The notes beneath the pieces are model-generated. The model was given only the letters and a program-made list of their open reading frames with translations, had not been told where the DNA came from and did not search any database. The position numbers and the translations under genes were made by a program. From Polyangiaceae bacterium (lineage in GTDB: Bacteria > Myxococcota_A > Polyangia > Polyangiales > Polyangiaceae), in assembly GCA_965222375.1 (NCBI GenBank), contig CBDCTZ010000015.1, positions 1,056,001 through 1,120,000 of the forward strand: a stretch of DNA of 64,000 nucleotides. The letters are read 5' to 3'. Position 1 is the first letter of the stretch; every line of letters begins with the position of its first letter. Below are positions 38,389-47,074 of this stretch, piece by piece.

Positions 38389-38724
38389 AAGCGGACTCGA
38401 GCGAAGGTCTTGGATGGGCGCAGGCGGGACCTTGGCGTTCACAAGGCAGCAAGCTCTGGAGGCAAGTTCGTCCTCCGATTTGGCGAATTCCGGAATGACG
38501 TCGATGGCGCTCGGTGCCGAGGCGAGGCACACCCGGTTTGTGCCGACGGACAGTGCGCTCGTGAACCGACGATAGAAACCTGACTGGGCCGCCGTGACAG
38601 GGGCCAGGCAGCTATCAGTAGGGTCCGCAGAACCGGCAGCAGGACGGACCTGGTCGACGGCTGCCTGGATGAGGCGGCTGTCCCGAGCCCGGCCACATGC
38701 TGCGTGGCCGACTGAGTGGAGGAA

Positions 38725-38745
38725 GTGCGCCCCTGCTGGGCGCGG
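38725..38745. promoter_or_regulatory. Palindromic enhancer-like site
   Basis: GTGCGCCC-ctgct-GGGCGCGG. Confidence 0.65.
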
Positions 38746-38840
38746 CGGGATCGGCGGGCAGCGAGTCACGCGGCGACTTCACTCCCGTGATTTCGCGACC
38801 CTTCGCGGGTAGGCGCCAGTTTGCGCGTGGTTCCGAAGCA

Positions 38841-38856
38841 AGGCACGCCGAGTGCA
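38841..38856 (+). promoter_or_regulatory. sigma54 -24/-12 promoter
   Basis: AGGCACGCCGAGTGCA. Confidence 0.65.
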
Positions 38857-38871
38857 TGCTATCGTTGGACT

Positions 38872-40032
38872 GTGTGCTCACGAACCGACTACCAGAACTC
38901 GGCGGGACCGCTCACGACCAGGCGCTGCGGCGACAGGCCGGCGGCCTGGGACAGTTCCCCGCGGTCGGCGACTCTCCGAAAGCAGCCCTTGCCTTTGGTC
39001 GTCCTCCTCGCGGCCACCTTGGGCGCTTGCTCCTTTCGCAGCGTGGACGAGCCCGGAGGCCCGCTGGGTGGTGGCAACGCGGTGGGTTCTGGCGGCTCTC
39101 AATCCGTCACCGATGGTGGATGGATTGCAATCGGGGGAGGCGCTGGAAATGGAGGTACGGGTGCCGCGGGCGGCAGTGGCGGTAGCGTCGGCGGTTCCAG
39201 TAGCGGGGGGCTAAGCGGGACCGGAGCGGTAGCTGCGACAGGTGGAGTCGGAGCGACCGGGGGAGTCGGAGCAACCGGGGGAGTCGGAGCGACCGGGGGA
39301 GTCGGAGCGACGGGGGGAGTCGGAGCGACGGGGGGAGTCGGCACCGGCGGGTTCGGTGCCACGGGGGGCTCGGGCACTGGTGGTTTCAGCACCGGGGGGT
39401 TCGGCGGCACCGGGGGATTCAGCACTGGAGGCATCGGAGCCACCGGGGGATTCGGCGGTGGCACGGGGGGCATCGGAGCCACCGGCGGAACCGGTGGCTC
39501 TTCCTGTGTGCCGTTCAGCGGCTTCACGACCTGGAGGAACCCAGGCGTCACCCAGAACACGGACTCGCCGAGCGGTACCATTTCTTGGACCAACACCAGT
39601 GCAGCAAATGCAAGCGACAATGTCTATGCGGTCGCCGTGCTCAAGGGCACGACGGCAGCGACCAGCGAGTACCTGTGGGCACGCAGCTTTGGTTTCCAGT
39701 TGCCCGGGGCAGCCACGATCAACGGAATCGAGGTCGCCATCGAACGTCGCCAGGGGTTCACTGGGGTTCTGGATCGCACGGTCCGACTGACCAAGGCTGG
39801 AACACCCACTGGCAAGGACAAGGACGGCTCTGGCTGGCCCAGCAACGACAAGTACAAGACGTTTGGCGGTGGCAGCGACCTTTGGAATACCTCGTGGACC
39901 ACCAGCCAGGTCAATTCCAGCACCTTCGGAGTGGTCCTGGAGGCCTACGCCTTCTCGCTCCAAGGCAGTGTGTCGGCGACTGCCTACGTGGACCACATTC
40001 GCATTCGGGTTCACTACACGCGCACATGCTAG
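38872..40032 (+). CDS. Gly-rich lipoprotein with beta-rich C-terminal domain, ACSFR family paralog B1
   Basis: LGAC-SFRSVD; GVGATG repeats; C-domain WTN...ASDN.YA...SEYLW.RSFGFQLP...GIEVAIERR...YVDHIRIRVHYT; start uncertain. Confidence 0.8.
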   Translation: MCSRTDYQNSAGPLTTRRCGDRPAAWDSSPRSATLRKQPLPLVVLLAATLGACSFRSVDEPGGPLGGGNAVGSGGSQSVTDGGWIAIGGGAGNGGTGAAGGSGGSVGGSSSGGLSGTGAVAATGGVGATGGVGATGGVGATGGVGATGGVGATGGVGTGGFGATGGSGTGGFSTGGFGGTGGFSTGGIGATGGFGGGTGGIGATGGTGGSSCVPFSGFTTWRNPGVTQNTDSPSGTISWTNTSAANASDNVYAVAVLKGTTAATSEYLWARSFGFQLPGAATINGIEVAIERRQGFTGVLDRTVRLTKAGTPTGKDKDGSGWPSNDKYKTFGGGSDLWNTSWTTSQVNSSTFGVVLEAYAFSLQGSVSATAYVDHIRIRVHYTRTC

Positions 40033-40124
40033 GCCGCATTGCACCGAACGGACGGCGTGGGTCCTTTTCTGCGTGGGCAACAACTGCCCCACCTGCCGTC
40101 CACCGAGTTCGGTGGGTCCCGGTT

Positions 40125-41027
40125 GTGCGCTGTGCTTGCCTCATTCCTATTCCGAAACGGCATGGCCGCTCCCCCCTACTGCTCACTTCAATGATCGTGG
40201 TGGTGGCATGCTCGTTTCGGACCGTGGACGCACCACCGGGCGACCCGAGTGGCGGAAACGGTGGCGGCGGCGGCTCGCTGCATGTCGCCGACGGCGGCTG
40301 GATTGATGGCGGCCCTGGCGGAGCTCAAACCGGTGGTCTGGGAGGTGGCACCGGCGGAACTCAAACCGGTGGTCTGGGAGGTGGCACCGGCGGAACTCAA
40401 ACCGGTGGTCTGGGAGGTGGCACCGGTGGAACTCAAACCGGTGGTGTGGGAGGTGGTACCGGCGGAACTCAAACCGGAGGAACCGGCGGCACCGGCGGAT
40501 GCACGCCCGTCTTTGGTTCCACCGGCTGGAAGAGTCCGCTGGACGTCAGCACCAAGAGTAAGGCTGGCGCCACGTTTTCATGGACCAACCCCGATGCCGT
40601 CAAAGCGAGCGACAACGCCTACGCGACTGTGGCATTTGCTGGCTCCGCCCTCGTGCTCTCGGAGTATCTGTGGACTCGCAGCTTTGGTTTCCAACTACCG
40701 ACCAACGCTAGCGTCGACGGCATCGAAGTTGCCATTGAGCGCCGTCTCCAGAACAACGGTATGAGCAGCGTGTCCGATGACGCTGTCCAGCTGCTCAAAG
40801 CCGGAACGCTCACCGGGCAGAATAGGAGTTCCACCTGGCAGCTCAACGATACGTATGCAACTTTCGGAAGCGGCACCGACACCTGGGGCACAACCTGGAC
40901 GGCTGCAGAGATCAACTCTGTCAACTTCGGCCTGGCCGTAGCGTTAGAGGCGTTCGGTTCTACGATCGGAGTGACAGCGTATGTCGACCACATTCGCATT
41001 CGAGTTCACTACACGCAGGCGTGCTGA
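40125..41027 (+). CDS. Tandem paralog B2 of the preceding lipoprotein
   Basis: VVAC-SFRTVD; 36-bp repeats (GTQTGGLGGGTG); very similar C-domain; start uncertain. Confidence 0.8.
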   Translation: MRCACLIPIPKRHGRSPLLLTSMIVVVACSFRTVDAPPGDPSGGNGGGGGSLHVADGGWIDGGPGGAQTGGLGGGTGGTQTGGLGGGTGGTQTGGLGGGTGGTQTGGVGGGTGGTQTGGTGGTGGCTPVFGSTGWKSPLDVSTKSKAGATFSWTNPDAVKASDNAYATVAFAGSALVLSEYLWTRSFGFQLPTNASVDGIEVAIERRLQNNGMSSVSDDAVQLLKAGTLTGQNRSSTWQLNDTYATFGSGTDTWGTTWTAAEINSVNFGLAVALEAFGSTIGVTAYVDHIRIRVHYTQAC

Positions 41028-41135
41028 GACTTCATCGCGCGCACTTGCTCTCTCTCCCCAGACATCACGCCATGGGCACGGAAGTGCGCTTCTGAAGTGC
41101 TGAGACTTCATCGCGCGCACTTGCTCTCCCCAGAC
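41021..41135. repeat. 43/39-bp direct repeat separated by 33 bp
   Basis: gtgctgagacttcatcgcgcgcacttgctc(tctc)tccccagac at 41021-41063 and 41097-41135. Confidence 0.85.
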
Positions 41136-41189
41136 TGACCGCCCCTGGAGTATCCCATCAAATTCGTCCCGTATGGCGCGTCTACGTTG

Positions 41190-42116
41190 CTACAACGCCT
41201 TGTCACAGGGCGGAAGCAAGTCGCATTTGGGCGCCAGCCGGCCGCAATGCGCATACTCTGCCGGCATCGAGCTGTCGCACAGGCAGAGCCTTCCTTCGAT
41301 TCCACACGCCCAGATCTTCAAGATGACTTCGTCTGACAAGGGCTGCCTCGACAGGAACAGCTCATCGATATGGCCCGAGTAGGGTTTGCTCGGATTGGAG
41401 ACACGGAATGGGCCCATTCCGTCGGTCGGGTCGGGAACCCCATTGGTGTCGCCGAGCGCCCCATCGATGAAGGACGCCATCTTGCTCTGCTCGGCGTCCC
41501 AGCGACACACGACGTGAACCCATTGCGCACTTTCCCAGCTCGGCGCATACGCTCCCTTGGTGCCGGCGCCGGCGCCGACGATGCAGCGGCTATTGGCGCC
41601 CCCGGGGTTCCACTCGAGAGCATAGCCGCGCGAGTTGTCCAGTCGCCCCATCGCCCGGGGCGTGTTGCCAACTGCCTCCACGCGAAACCACCCGCCGAAG
41701 GTCATTCCGGAAGTTGCGCCGGGCATGAACATCGGATCTAGGGATTCGAGCCCCGTGTCCACCTCACCCTCGAGGAGCAAGGCTGAGCTGCCTTCGGCGA
41801 ACTCCTGCGCGTCCCGCAACAGCTGCCCCTTCTCGAAGAGATGAAGCCCGTTCGGAGACGAATCCCATCCCAAAGCTGCCACATCTTCGAATAGGTAGAC
41901 CGCCGTCATGTGCGGCACGAAGCTCGGCGCGGTCTGGGACCCGGCTTCACCTGCTTCAGCGCCGCCGTCGAGACCTACCCGGGAGCTCTTGAGCGAATCG
42001 AGATCATTGAAGGAGCAAGCGGAAGCCAACGCTGTACCCGCGACTACCGTCATCGCTCCAACGGGCAACCGCAGGTGAAGCGAAACGCGAGTCGGCAAGG
42101 TGAACAACGTAAGCAA
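41190..42116 (-). CDS. LamG-like jelly-roll lipoprotein (ACSF family paralog C)
   Basis: ASAC-SFNDLD; DSSPNGLHL, MTFGGWF, WVHVVCRWD, FIDG, YSGHIDELF. Confidence 0.8.
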   Translation of the reverse strand: MLTLFTLPTRVSLHLRLPVGAMTVVAGTALASACSFNDLDSLKSSRVGLDGGAEAGEAGSQTAPSFVPHMTAVYLFEDVAALGWDSSPNGLHLFEKGQLLRDAQEFAEGSSALLLEGEVDTGLESLDPMFMPGATSGMTFGGWFRVEAVGNTPRAMGRLDNSRGYALEWNPGGANSRCIVGAGAGTKGAYAPSWESAQWVHVVCRWDAEQSKMASFIDGALGDTNGVPDPTDGMGPFRVSNPSKPYSGHIDELFLSRQPLSDEVILKIWACGIEGRLCLCDSSMPAEYAHCGRLAPKCDLLPPCDKAL

Positions 42117-42142
42117 GCGCTAGCTCCGAGCGACCTCTGAAG

Positions 42143-42158
42143 TGCAAGGCGCGAACCA
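42143..42158 (-). promoter_or_regulatory. sigma54 -24/-12 promoter for the LamG lipoprotein
   Basis: Minus strand TGGTTCGCGCCTTGCA. Confidence 0.7.
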
Positions 42159-42232
42159 ACGATATCGCGATCTCACTCTCATTGCGGATCTGCGCCGACG
42201 CAGCGAAGCCGTACGCTCGCAGAGCGCCACGT

Positions 42233-42274
42233 CTGCGCCCCACGGGAACTCGGGTGCGCCCGATCAGGACGCAG
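42233..42274. promoter_or_regulatory. Palindromic enhancer-like site plus adjacent half-site
   Basis: GTGCGCCC-gatca-GGACGCAG (42254-42274); half-site CTGCGCCC at 42233-42240, 21 bp to the left. Confidence 0.65.
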
Positions 42275-42315
42275 AGTTCGCAGGCCGAAACCCGACGAAA
42301 CAACTTGATCGGACC

Positions 42316-42331
42316 CGGTACGACCCTTGCT
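42316..42331 (+). promoter_or_regulatory. sigma54 -24/-12 promoter for the transglutaminase-like gene
   Basis: CGGTACGACCCTTGCT. Confidence 0.7.
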
Positions 42332-42367
42332 TACATTGTGCGACAGCTCACACATTGGAGGATAAGA

Positions 42368-43924
42368 ATGCGTCGGGACACGGTAGTCAGCGCGGCAGCG
42401 GCTCTAGGAATGCTTTGCGGGTTGGGGTGTAGCTCCCATCCGCCGAGCGAGAGCCAAGCGACCCAGAAACCACCGACGCAATCTGCCAGCTCCGACACCT
42501 ACCGCTACGTCTTCGGCGTGGACGCCGCGAGCGGCATGGTGAAACATGGCGCTGCTCATCGCGTCGTCGATCTAACCGCCGGCAAAGCCGAAGCCATCGA
42601 CACCGCCAATCGCCCCTCGTCCCTTCACCCCGAACTCGCCGGTGCCGAGCACCACAGCTTCGACGCGACGCTGGTCAGCGGCGAGACCGACTGGAACGTC
42701 TTTCCGTCAGACTGGTGGCCTCAGCACCAAAACGGCATTGCCAAGAGGTGGCCGGGCGCCACGGACGACTACTCGAACCCAAGCGACGGCGAGAACCTCT
42801 CACCCGTAGAAAAGTACGATCTGCTCTTCCATCCGGGGCGCCCTCAAACGGTCCACGAGGTCTCCCATTGGGACTACGAAGATACCAAGAAGCCCGAATC
42901 CGCCAGAAGCCCCAAACATTCTCACCCCAGGGTTATCGTGATCGGACCCGCGACCAAGTGGGAACTCGAACACCACGGCGTCTACCAGGCCTTTTCTCAC
43001 CCCGAATCGGGCTGGTGGGGGCACTGCAACGGTTGGTCGTCCTACGCTACGACCGAGCCCCTGGGCGCCCCCAAGAGAGACATCTGGGTCCGGCATCGAA
43101 ACGGCTGGCAGGCGGATCCCTTCGCGCCGCCACCGAAGGAGCCGGACTTGGTCGAGTGCTCGGCGGACGAAGAGGACTGCGTCTTGTTCCGAGCCGGCGA
43201 CATCGAAGCCCTCATGACCGAGCTGTACTTCAGCGATCAGGCAACGATGGCGGGGCGTCGCTGCGAGCAGGCAGCTGGCCAGATGGAGCTGGATGCTTTC
43301 GGCAGGCCGACGGACCCCGCCTGCCGAGACCTGAATCCGGGTTCTTTCCACATCGCGGTCACAGGCCTGTATGGCCGGGGCGCCAAGCACCTCGGTTCGG
43401 GAGCCGAAGGGCGCCCGCCATTCATCATCGACTTCGCAGCGGACTGGCAGGTTTGGAACTTTCCAGTACTCAAGTTCGAAATCGCCGAGGCGCAGGAGCT
43501 GACTCACAGCGAAGCGGCAGGGCTAGTCAGCGCGTCCAGCTACGTGTTCAACGAAGAGGCCGAACGCTTCACTCGAGTCCGCCTCTTCTTCTGGATGGTG
43601 TCGGATGCCGTGGCCCCTGAGCAAATGCTGCTGCCGGCAGCCGACCGCGTCGTCGAGCCCCACAAGGTCGAGGTCAACTACGTGCTGGAACTGGACGCAG
43701 CCGGCACCATTCTCGGAGGCGAGTGGATCAATCAACCCATGACCGTGGGTGGGCCCAACAACCAAGAGCTGCATCCGGACTTCTTCTGGATTGGAACTTC
43801 TCACGCCGGGTACGACGAAACTGGCAACGACACCGGCGGCGACAACGACAACCCGTACCTGAACTACTACTACGCCCGCGCCCTCCTGCAGTGCGCCAAC
43901 GACGCTTCGAGCTGCAGCCCCTGA
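42368..43924 (+). CDS. Transglutaminase-elicitor-family (GP42-like) lipoprotein
   Basis: Lipobox GLGC; WWP...GIA.RW, LSPVEKYD, WWGHCNGW, DLNPGSFH, QVWNFPV, YVLELD..G.ILGGEW, HPDFFW. Confidence 0.8.
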   Translation: MRRDTVVSAAAALGMLCGLGCSSHPPSESQATQKPPTQSASSDTYRYVFGVDAASGMVKHGAAHRVVDLTAGKAEAIDTANRPSSLHPELAGAEHHSFDATLVSGETDWNVFPSDWWPQHQNGIAKRWPGATDDYSNPSDGENLSPVEKYDLLFHPGRPQTVHEVSHWDYEDTKKPESARSPKHSHPRVIVIGPATKWELEHHGVYQAFSHPESGWWGHCNGWSSYATTEPLGAPKRDIWVRHRNGWQADPFAPPPKEPDLVECSADEEDCVLFRAGDIEALMTELYFSDQATMAGRRCEQAAGQMELDAFGRPTDPACRDLNPGSFHIAVTGLYGRGAKHLGSGAEGRPPFIIDFAADWQVWNFPVLKFEIAEAQELTHSEAAGLVSASSYVFNEEAERFTRVRLFFWMVSDAVAPEQMLLPAADRVVEPHKVEVNYVLELDAAGTILGGEWINQPMTVGGPNNQELHPDFFWIGTSHAGYDETGNDTGGDNDNPYLNYYYARALLQCANDASSCSP

Positions 43925-44053
43925 GACCAACGCGTCCCTCGAACAGCGACAAACGCCACCGCAACTTTCAGACCCGCGCACGAGCGGACTCGTCGCGTGC
44001 TTTCACTGCCCGACTTGCCGGGCGTCCGACCCCCGAAACACAGGAGTGATTCC

Positions 44054-45670
44054 ATGTCCCGTCGAATGAAGATGATGAGCTGTGGCCTATCCCTGCTCGC
44101 AGCAATGAGCTCGGCAGTCACGGCAGATGCAAAACCAGGGCTCGACCCCTCCTTTGGAGACGCTGGCTCGCTCCTTATGTCCGCGGGCGGCTCGGACGAC
44201 CAAGCATACGCTCTGGCACTACTTCCCGACGGAAGGATCGCCGTCACTGGAGTGGGTTGGCCCGGAACCATGTCGCGGCTCATCGTGCTCGTGGTCGGTC
44301 CGAACGGAGTGCCGGACCCTGGCTTCGGAAGCTCGGGCTGGGTGTCGACGTCGGCGGGAACCACCAGCAGCGGGGGCTGGGGGATTGCTGTCCAGCCCGA
44401 CGGCAAGCTGGTCGTGGGCGGCTACGCCTTCAACGATCATGGAAGCGAATTCGTGTTGGCGCGCTACCTACTGACGGGAGCGCTCGACCCCACCTTTGGC
44501 GACGCGGGGCTCGCAACGGGTCCGGAGCGAGCTGGCGATGATGGGGCGCGGGCACTGGCGTTGCTGCCGGATGGCAAGATTGCATTGGCGGGCTACGTGT
44601 CGCAGCAGACTAGTAGCGGGGTGGCGGGATCCGTACTCGCGACGGCACGGTTTACCAATACCGGCCACGTGGACACATCCTTCGGCGATCAGGGTTGGGT
44701 GTTGCGAGATCCAAGCAACGACCTAGCGGAGCTTCGTGCGCTGACTTTCGACGACAGCCAAAAGCGACTGCTCGGCACTGGGTTCGCCCATTTCAACCAC
44801 AGCGACCGCGCCGAAATGGTGATTCTCGGCTCGAAGCTGGACGGAACTCCGGACGCCAGCTTCGGCGGCAACGGCCTGGTGACAACGGCCTTCACGGGGT
44901 TTCCGTTCGCGCAAGCCGAAACAGTGCACATCGACGCCAAGGGGCGCATCCTCGTCGGAGGTTGGAAAGGAGTCGACCACAAGACTCGTGACTTTGCGCT
45001 GACTCGCTACGATCACAAGGGCAAGCTCGACTCGTCCTTCGGCGGCGACGGACGAGTGGTGTCTGACTTTGGTTCGTCAGCGGAAACGGTGATCGGCATC
45101 GCGGAAGACTCGTCGGGCCGCGTGCTAGCGATCGGTAGCGTGGATGGCTCCTATGCGATCGCCCGCTACGAAGAAAACGGAACCTTGGATGCGACCTTCG
45201 CCGACAAGGGCATTCTTCGACTCGATACGTGTACAGGAGCGGCCCAGGCCCGAGCCGCGAAGGTCCAACCGGATGGGAAGCTGCTGATTGCAGGGGGCTG
45301 CTTCACGACTCCCTTCAACGCAACGCTGCTGCTGACCCGAGTCACCGGCTTGGACTTGAAGGGTGCTCCAACAGGCAACGGCGGCGCAGGGGGCGGCAAT
45401 GCTGGCGGGGCTTCGGGGTCGACCAGTAGCGGAGGCACGAGCGCTGGGGGCGCAGGAGGAACCGGTGGCACCGTAGGCACGCCGCCAGGACAGTCGGGCA
45501 GCCCAAATCTCGGCTCTCCAGCGAGCGGCGACAGCTCAAGCGGTTGCGCCTGTCGCACGACGAACGCTCCAAACCGGGGTGCCGCGGTGTGGCTTGCCGC
45601 CGCAGCCCTTGCGCTGATGGGGCGGAGACGGCGCACGAGCGGATCAGCACTGCGTGGTCCGGCACTTTGA
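44054..45670 (+). CDS. Delta-60 repeat beta-propeller protein with MYXO-CTERM
   Basis: Repeats of LDPSFG..G, QPDGKLVVGG, FVLARY; C-terminal GCACR...AALALMGRRRR; AGGAG RBS. Confidence 0.88.
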   Translation: MSRRMKMMSCGLSLLAAMSSAVTADAKPGLDPSFGDAGSLLMSAGGSDDQAYALALLPDGRIAVTGVGWPGTMSRLIVLVVGPNGVPDPGFGSSGWVSTSAGTTSSGGWGIAVQPDGKLVVGGYAFNDHGSEFVLARYLLTGALDPTFGDAGLATGPERAGDDGARALALLPDGKIALAGYVSQQTSSGVAGSVLATARFTNTGHVDTSFGDQGWVLRDPSNDLAELRALTFDDSQKRLLGTGFAHFNHSDRAEMVILGSKLDGTPDASFGGNGLVTTAFTGFPFAQAETVHIDAKGRILVGGWKGVDHKTRDFALTRYDHKGKLDSSFGGDGRVVSDFGSSAETVIGIAEDSSGRVLAIGSVDGSYAIARYEENGTLDATFADKGILRLDTCTGAAQARAAKVQPDGKLLIAGGCFTTPFNATLLLTRVTGLDLKGAPTGNGGAGGGNAGGASGSTSSGGTSAGGAGGTGGTVGTPPGQSGSPNLGSPASGDSSSGCACRTTNAPNRGAAVWLAAAALALMGRRRRTSGSALRGPAL

Positions 45671-45751
45671 CGTCAGGGGAAGCCCGTCTGCAGCGGTTTC
45701 TGCGAGCCGCAATGACCGCTGCGAGCCCACCAAGCCATGGCGCCATCGCCG

Positions 45752-46177
45752 TCAGCGCGGAGGCGGGTTGTAGCCAGTGCGCGGGTCTCGCGCGTCCACG
45801 TCGTTGGACAGGATGCATGCGTGAGCGTTGCCCAGCGTGCACGCTCGCTCGATCAGCTCTTGACCCACCGCTTTGCTCATCACGCCCCGACCGAGAGTGA
45901 ATGCCTCGAGGCACGCCGCGGCATTGCCGCGGGTACAGCTCTGTTGGCACTCGTCCAGCTCGCTGCATCTCGCGGACGATGCGCTCGGGGTCTCGGCTGC
46001 TTCTGCGGGTTCTTCACACAAGCCCTCGATGTCGTCGCAGGAGAACGGGTCGCCCTCGGCGGGCTCTTTGCTCTCCTCGGAAACCGGCGTGTTCGGCTCG
46101 GCGGGCGCACCACCGCATGCAACGCTCACCGCGCATGCAATGCCGCCCGCGACCGCCCAGAAGGTCAGTCGTCGCAT
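45752..46177 (-). CDS. Small lipoprotein with Sel1-like Cys repeats
   Basis: SVAC; SCTRGNAAAC, RACTLGNAHAC. Confidence 0.65.
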   Translation of the reverse strand: MRRLTFWAVAGGIACAVSVACGGAPAEPNTPVSEESKEPAEGDPFSCDDIEGLCEEPAEAAETPSASSARCSELDECQQSCTRGNAAACLEAFTLGRGVMSKAVGQELIERACTLGNAHACILSNDVDARDPRTGYNPPPR

Positions 46178-46323
46178 GGTGGGGATGGAACACAGCGCCA
46201 CGCGGCTGCCTTGGGTGCGCCCGAGCCGGCAAACGTCCGATTCTATCGATTGGGGCTCGTCAGTAGCCGACCAGCATCCACCACGCGGGCATGGAGAATC
46301 CGCCCGGTTGGGAGAACACCGGC

Positions 46324-47037
46324 TCAAGCCACCGGCAGCACGAACTCGAAATTGGCCTGCATGCCATCGGCTTTGGTGATGGTCCCCATGATCAGCGAGC
46401 TGACAATGAACGGGTCGCCCTCGTTGTAGGGGTCGTCAGGGAAATAGAGCTGGGTCGTCAGCGGCGCGTGGCCCGGAGCGGTGAGCTTCACGTGAATGTG
46501 CGCCGGGCGGTAGCGGCGTCCGTTCAGGTAGCGACCGGGAACGATGGTGCGAATGGCGTAGGCACCGGATGCATCCGTCAGCACCTTGCCACGCAAACGC
46601 AACGGGGTTGCACCTCTGCCAAAGGTGCCGTCGTTGTCGTAGCGACCGGCAGCATCCGCCTGCCACAGGTCCAAGAGTGCCTCGCTCAGTGGCGTTTTGC
46701 AGTCGCGAGACAGCACTCGACCTGTGATCACGAGCGGCACACCCTTCATGCCAGGATCGGGCAGTGATGAACGCTTGGGTGCGCCGGGGCGGTAGTATGG
46801 ACCTTCGATGTTGTCCTCGGTGACCAAGCAGAGGGCGCCCTGCGCCGGTGCGCTCGGGGATGCGCCTACGATGGGCGCGAGGGCCGGGCGCGGGCCAACG
46901 ACGGGCGCGCCGGTGTTGGCAGATTGCACCGAGGGCGCACTGCCCGAGTTCGAACTGCGACAACTGATCAATGCGCTCGGCAGCGCGCCGAGCATGGACG
47001 CCGACAGGAATACCCTGCGTGGATGTCTCGAGTTCAC
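46324..47037 (-). CDS. Intradiol dioxygenase-family protein with Tat/lipoprotein signal
   Basis: RRVFL Tat motif, LISC; EGPYY, DLWQADAAGRY, TIVPGRY, RPAHIH, LTTQLYFPDDP. Confidence 0.88.
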   Translation of the reverse strand: MNSRHPRRVFLSASMLGALPSALISCRSSNSGSAPSVQSANTGAPVVGPRPALAPIVGASPSAPAQGALCLVTEDNIEGPYYRPGAPKRSSLPDPGMKGVPLVITGRVLSRDCKTPLSEALLDLWQADAAGRYDNDGTFGRGATPLRLRGKVLTDASGAYAIRTIVPGRYLNGRRYRPAHIHVKLTAPGHAPLTTQLYFPDDPYNEGDPFIVSSLIMGTITKADGMQANFEFVLPVA

Positions 47038-47074
47038 TCAGCAGCCTCCTCTCGAAGCATGAGCCACTTCGGGG

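Noticed and set aside
41021..41135. Minimal CRISPR array
   Set aside because: Only two repeats of unequal length, the first overlapping a CDS end; no leader or cas genes
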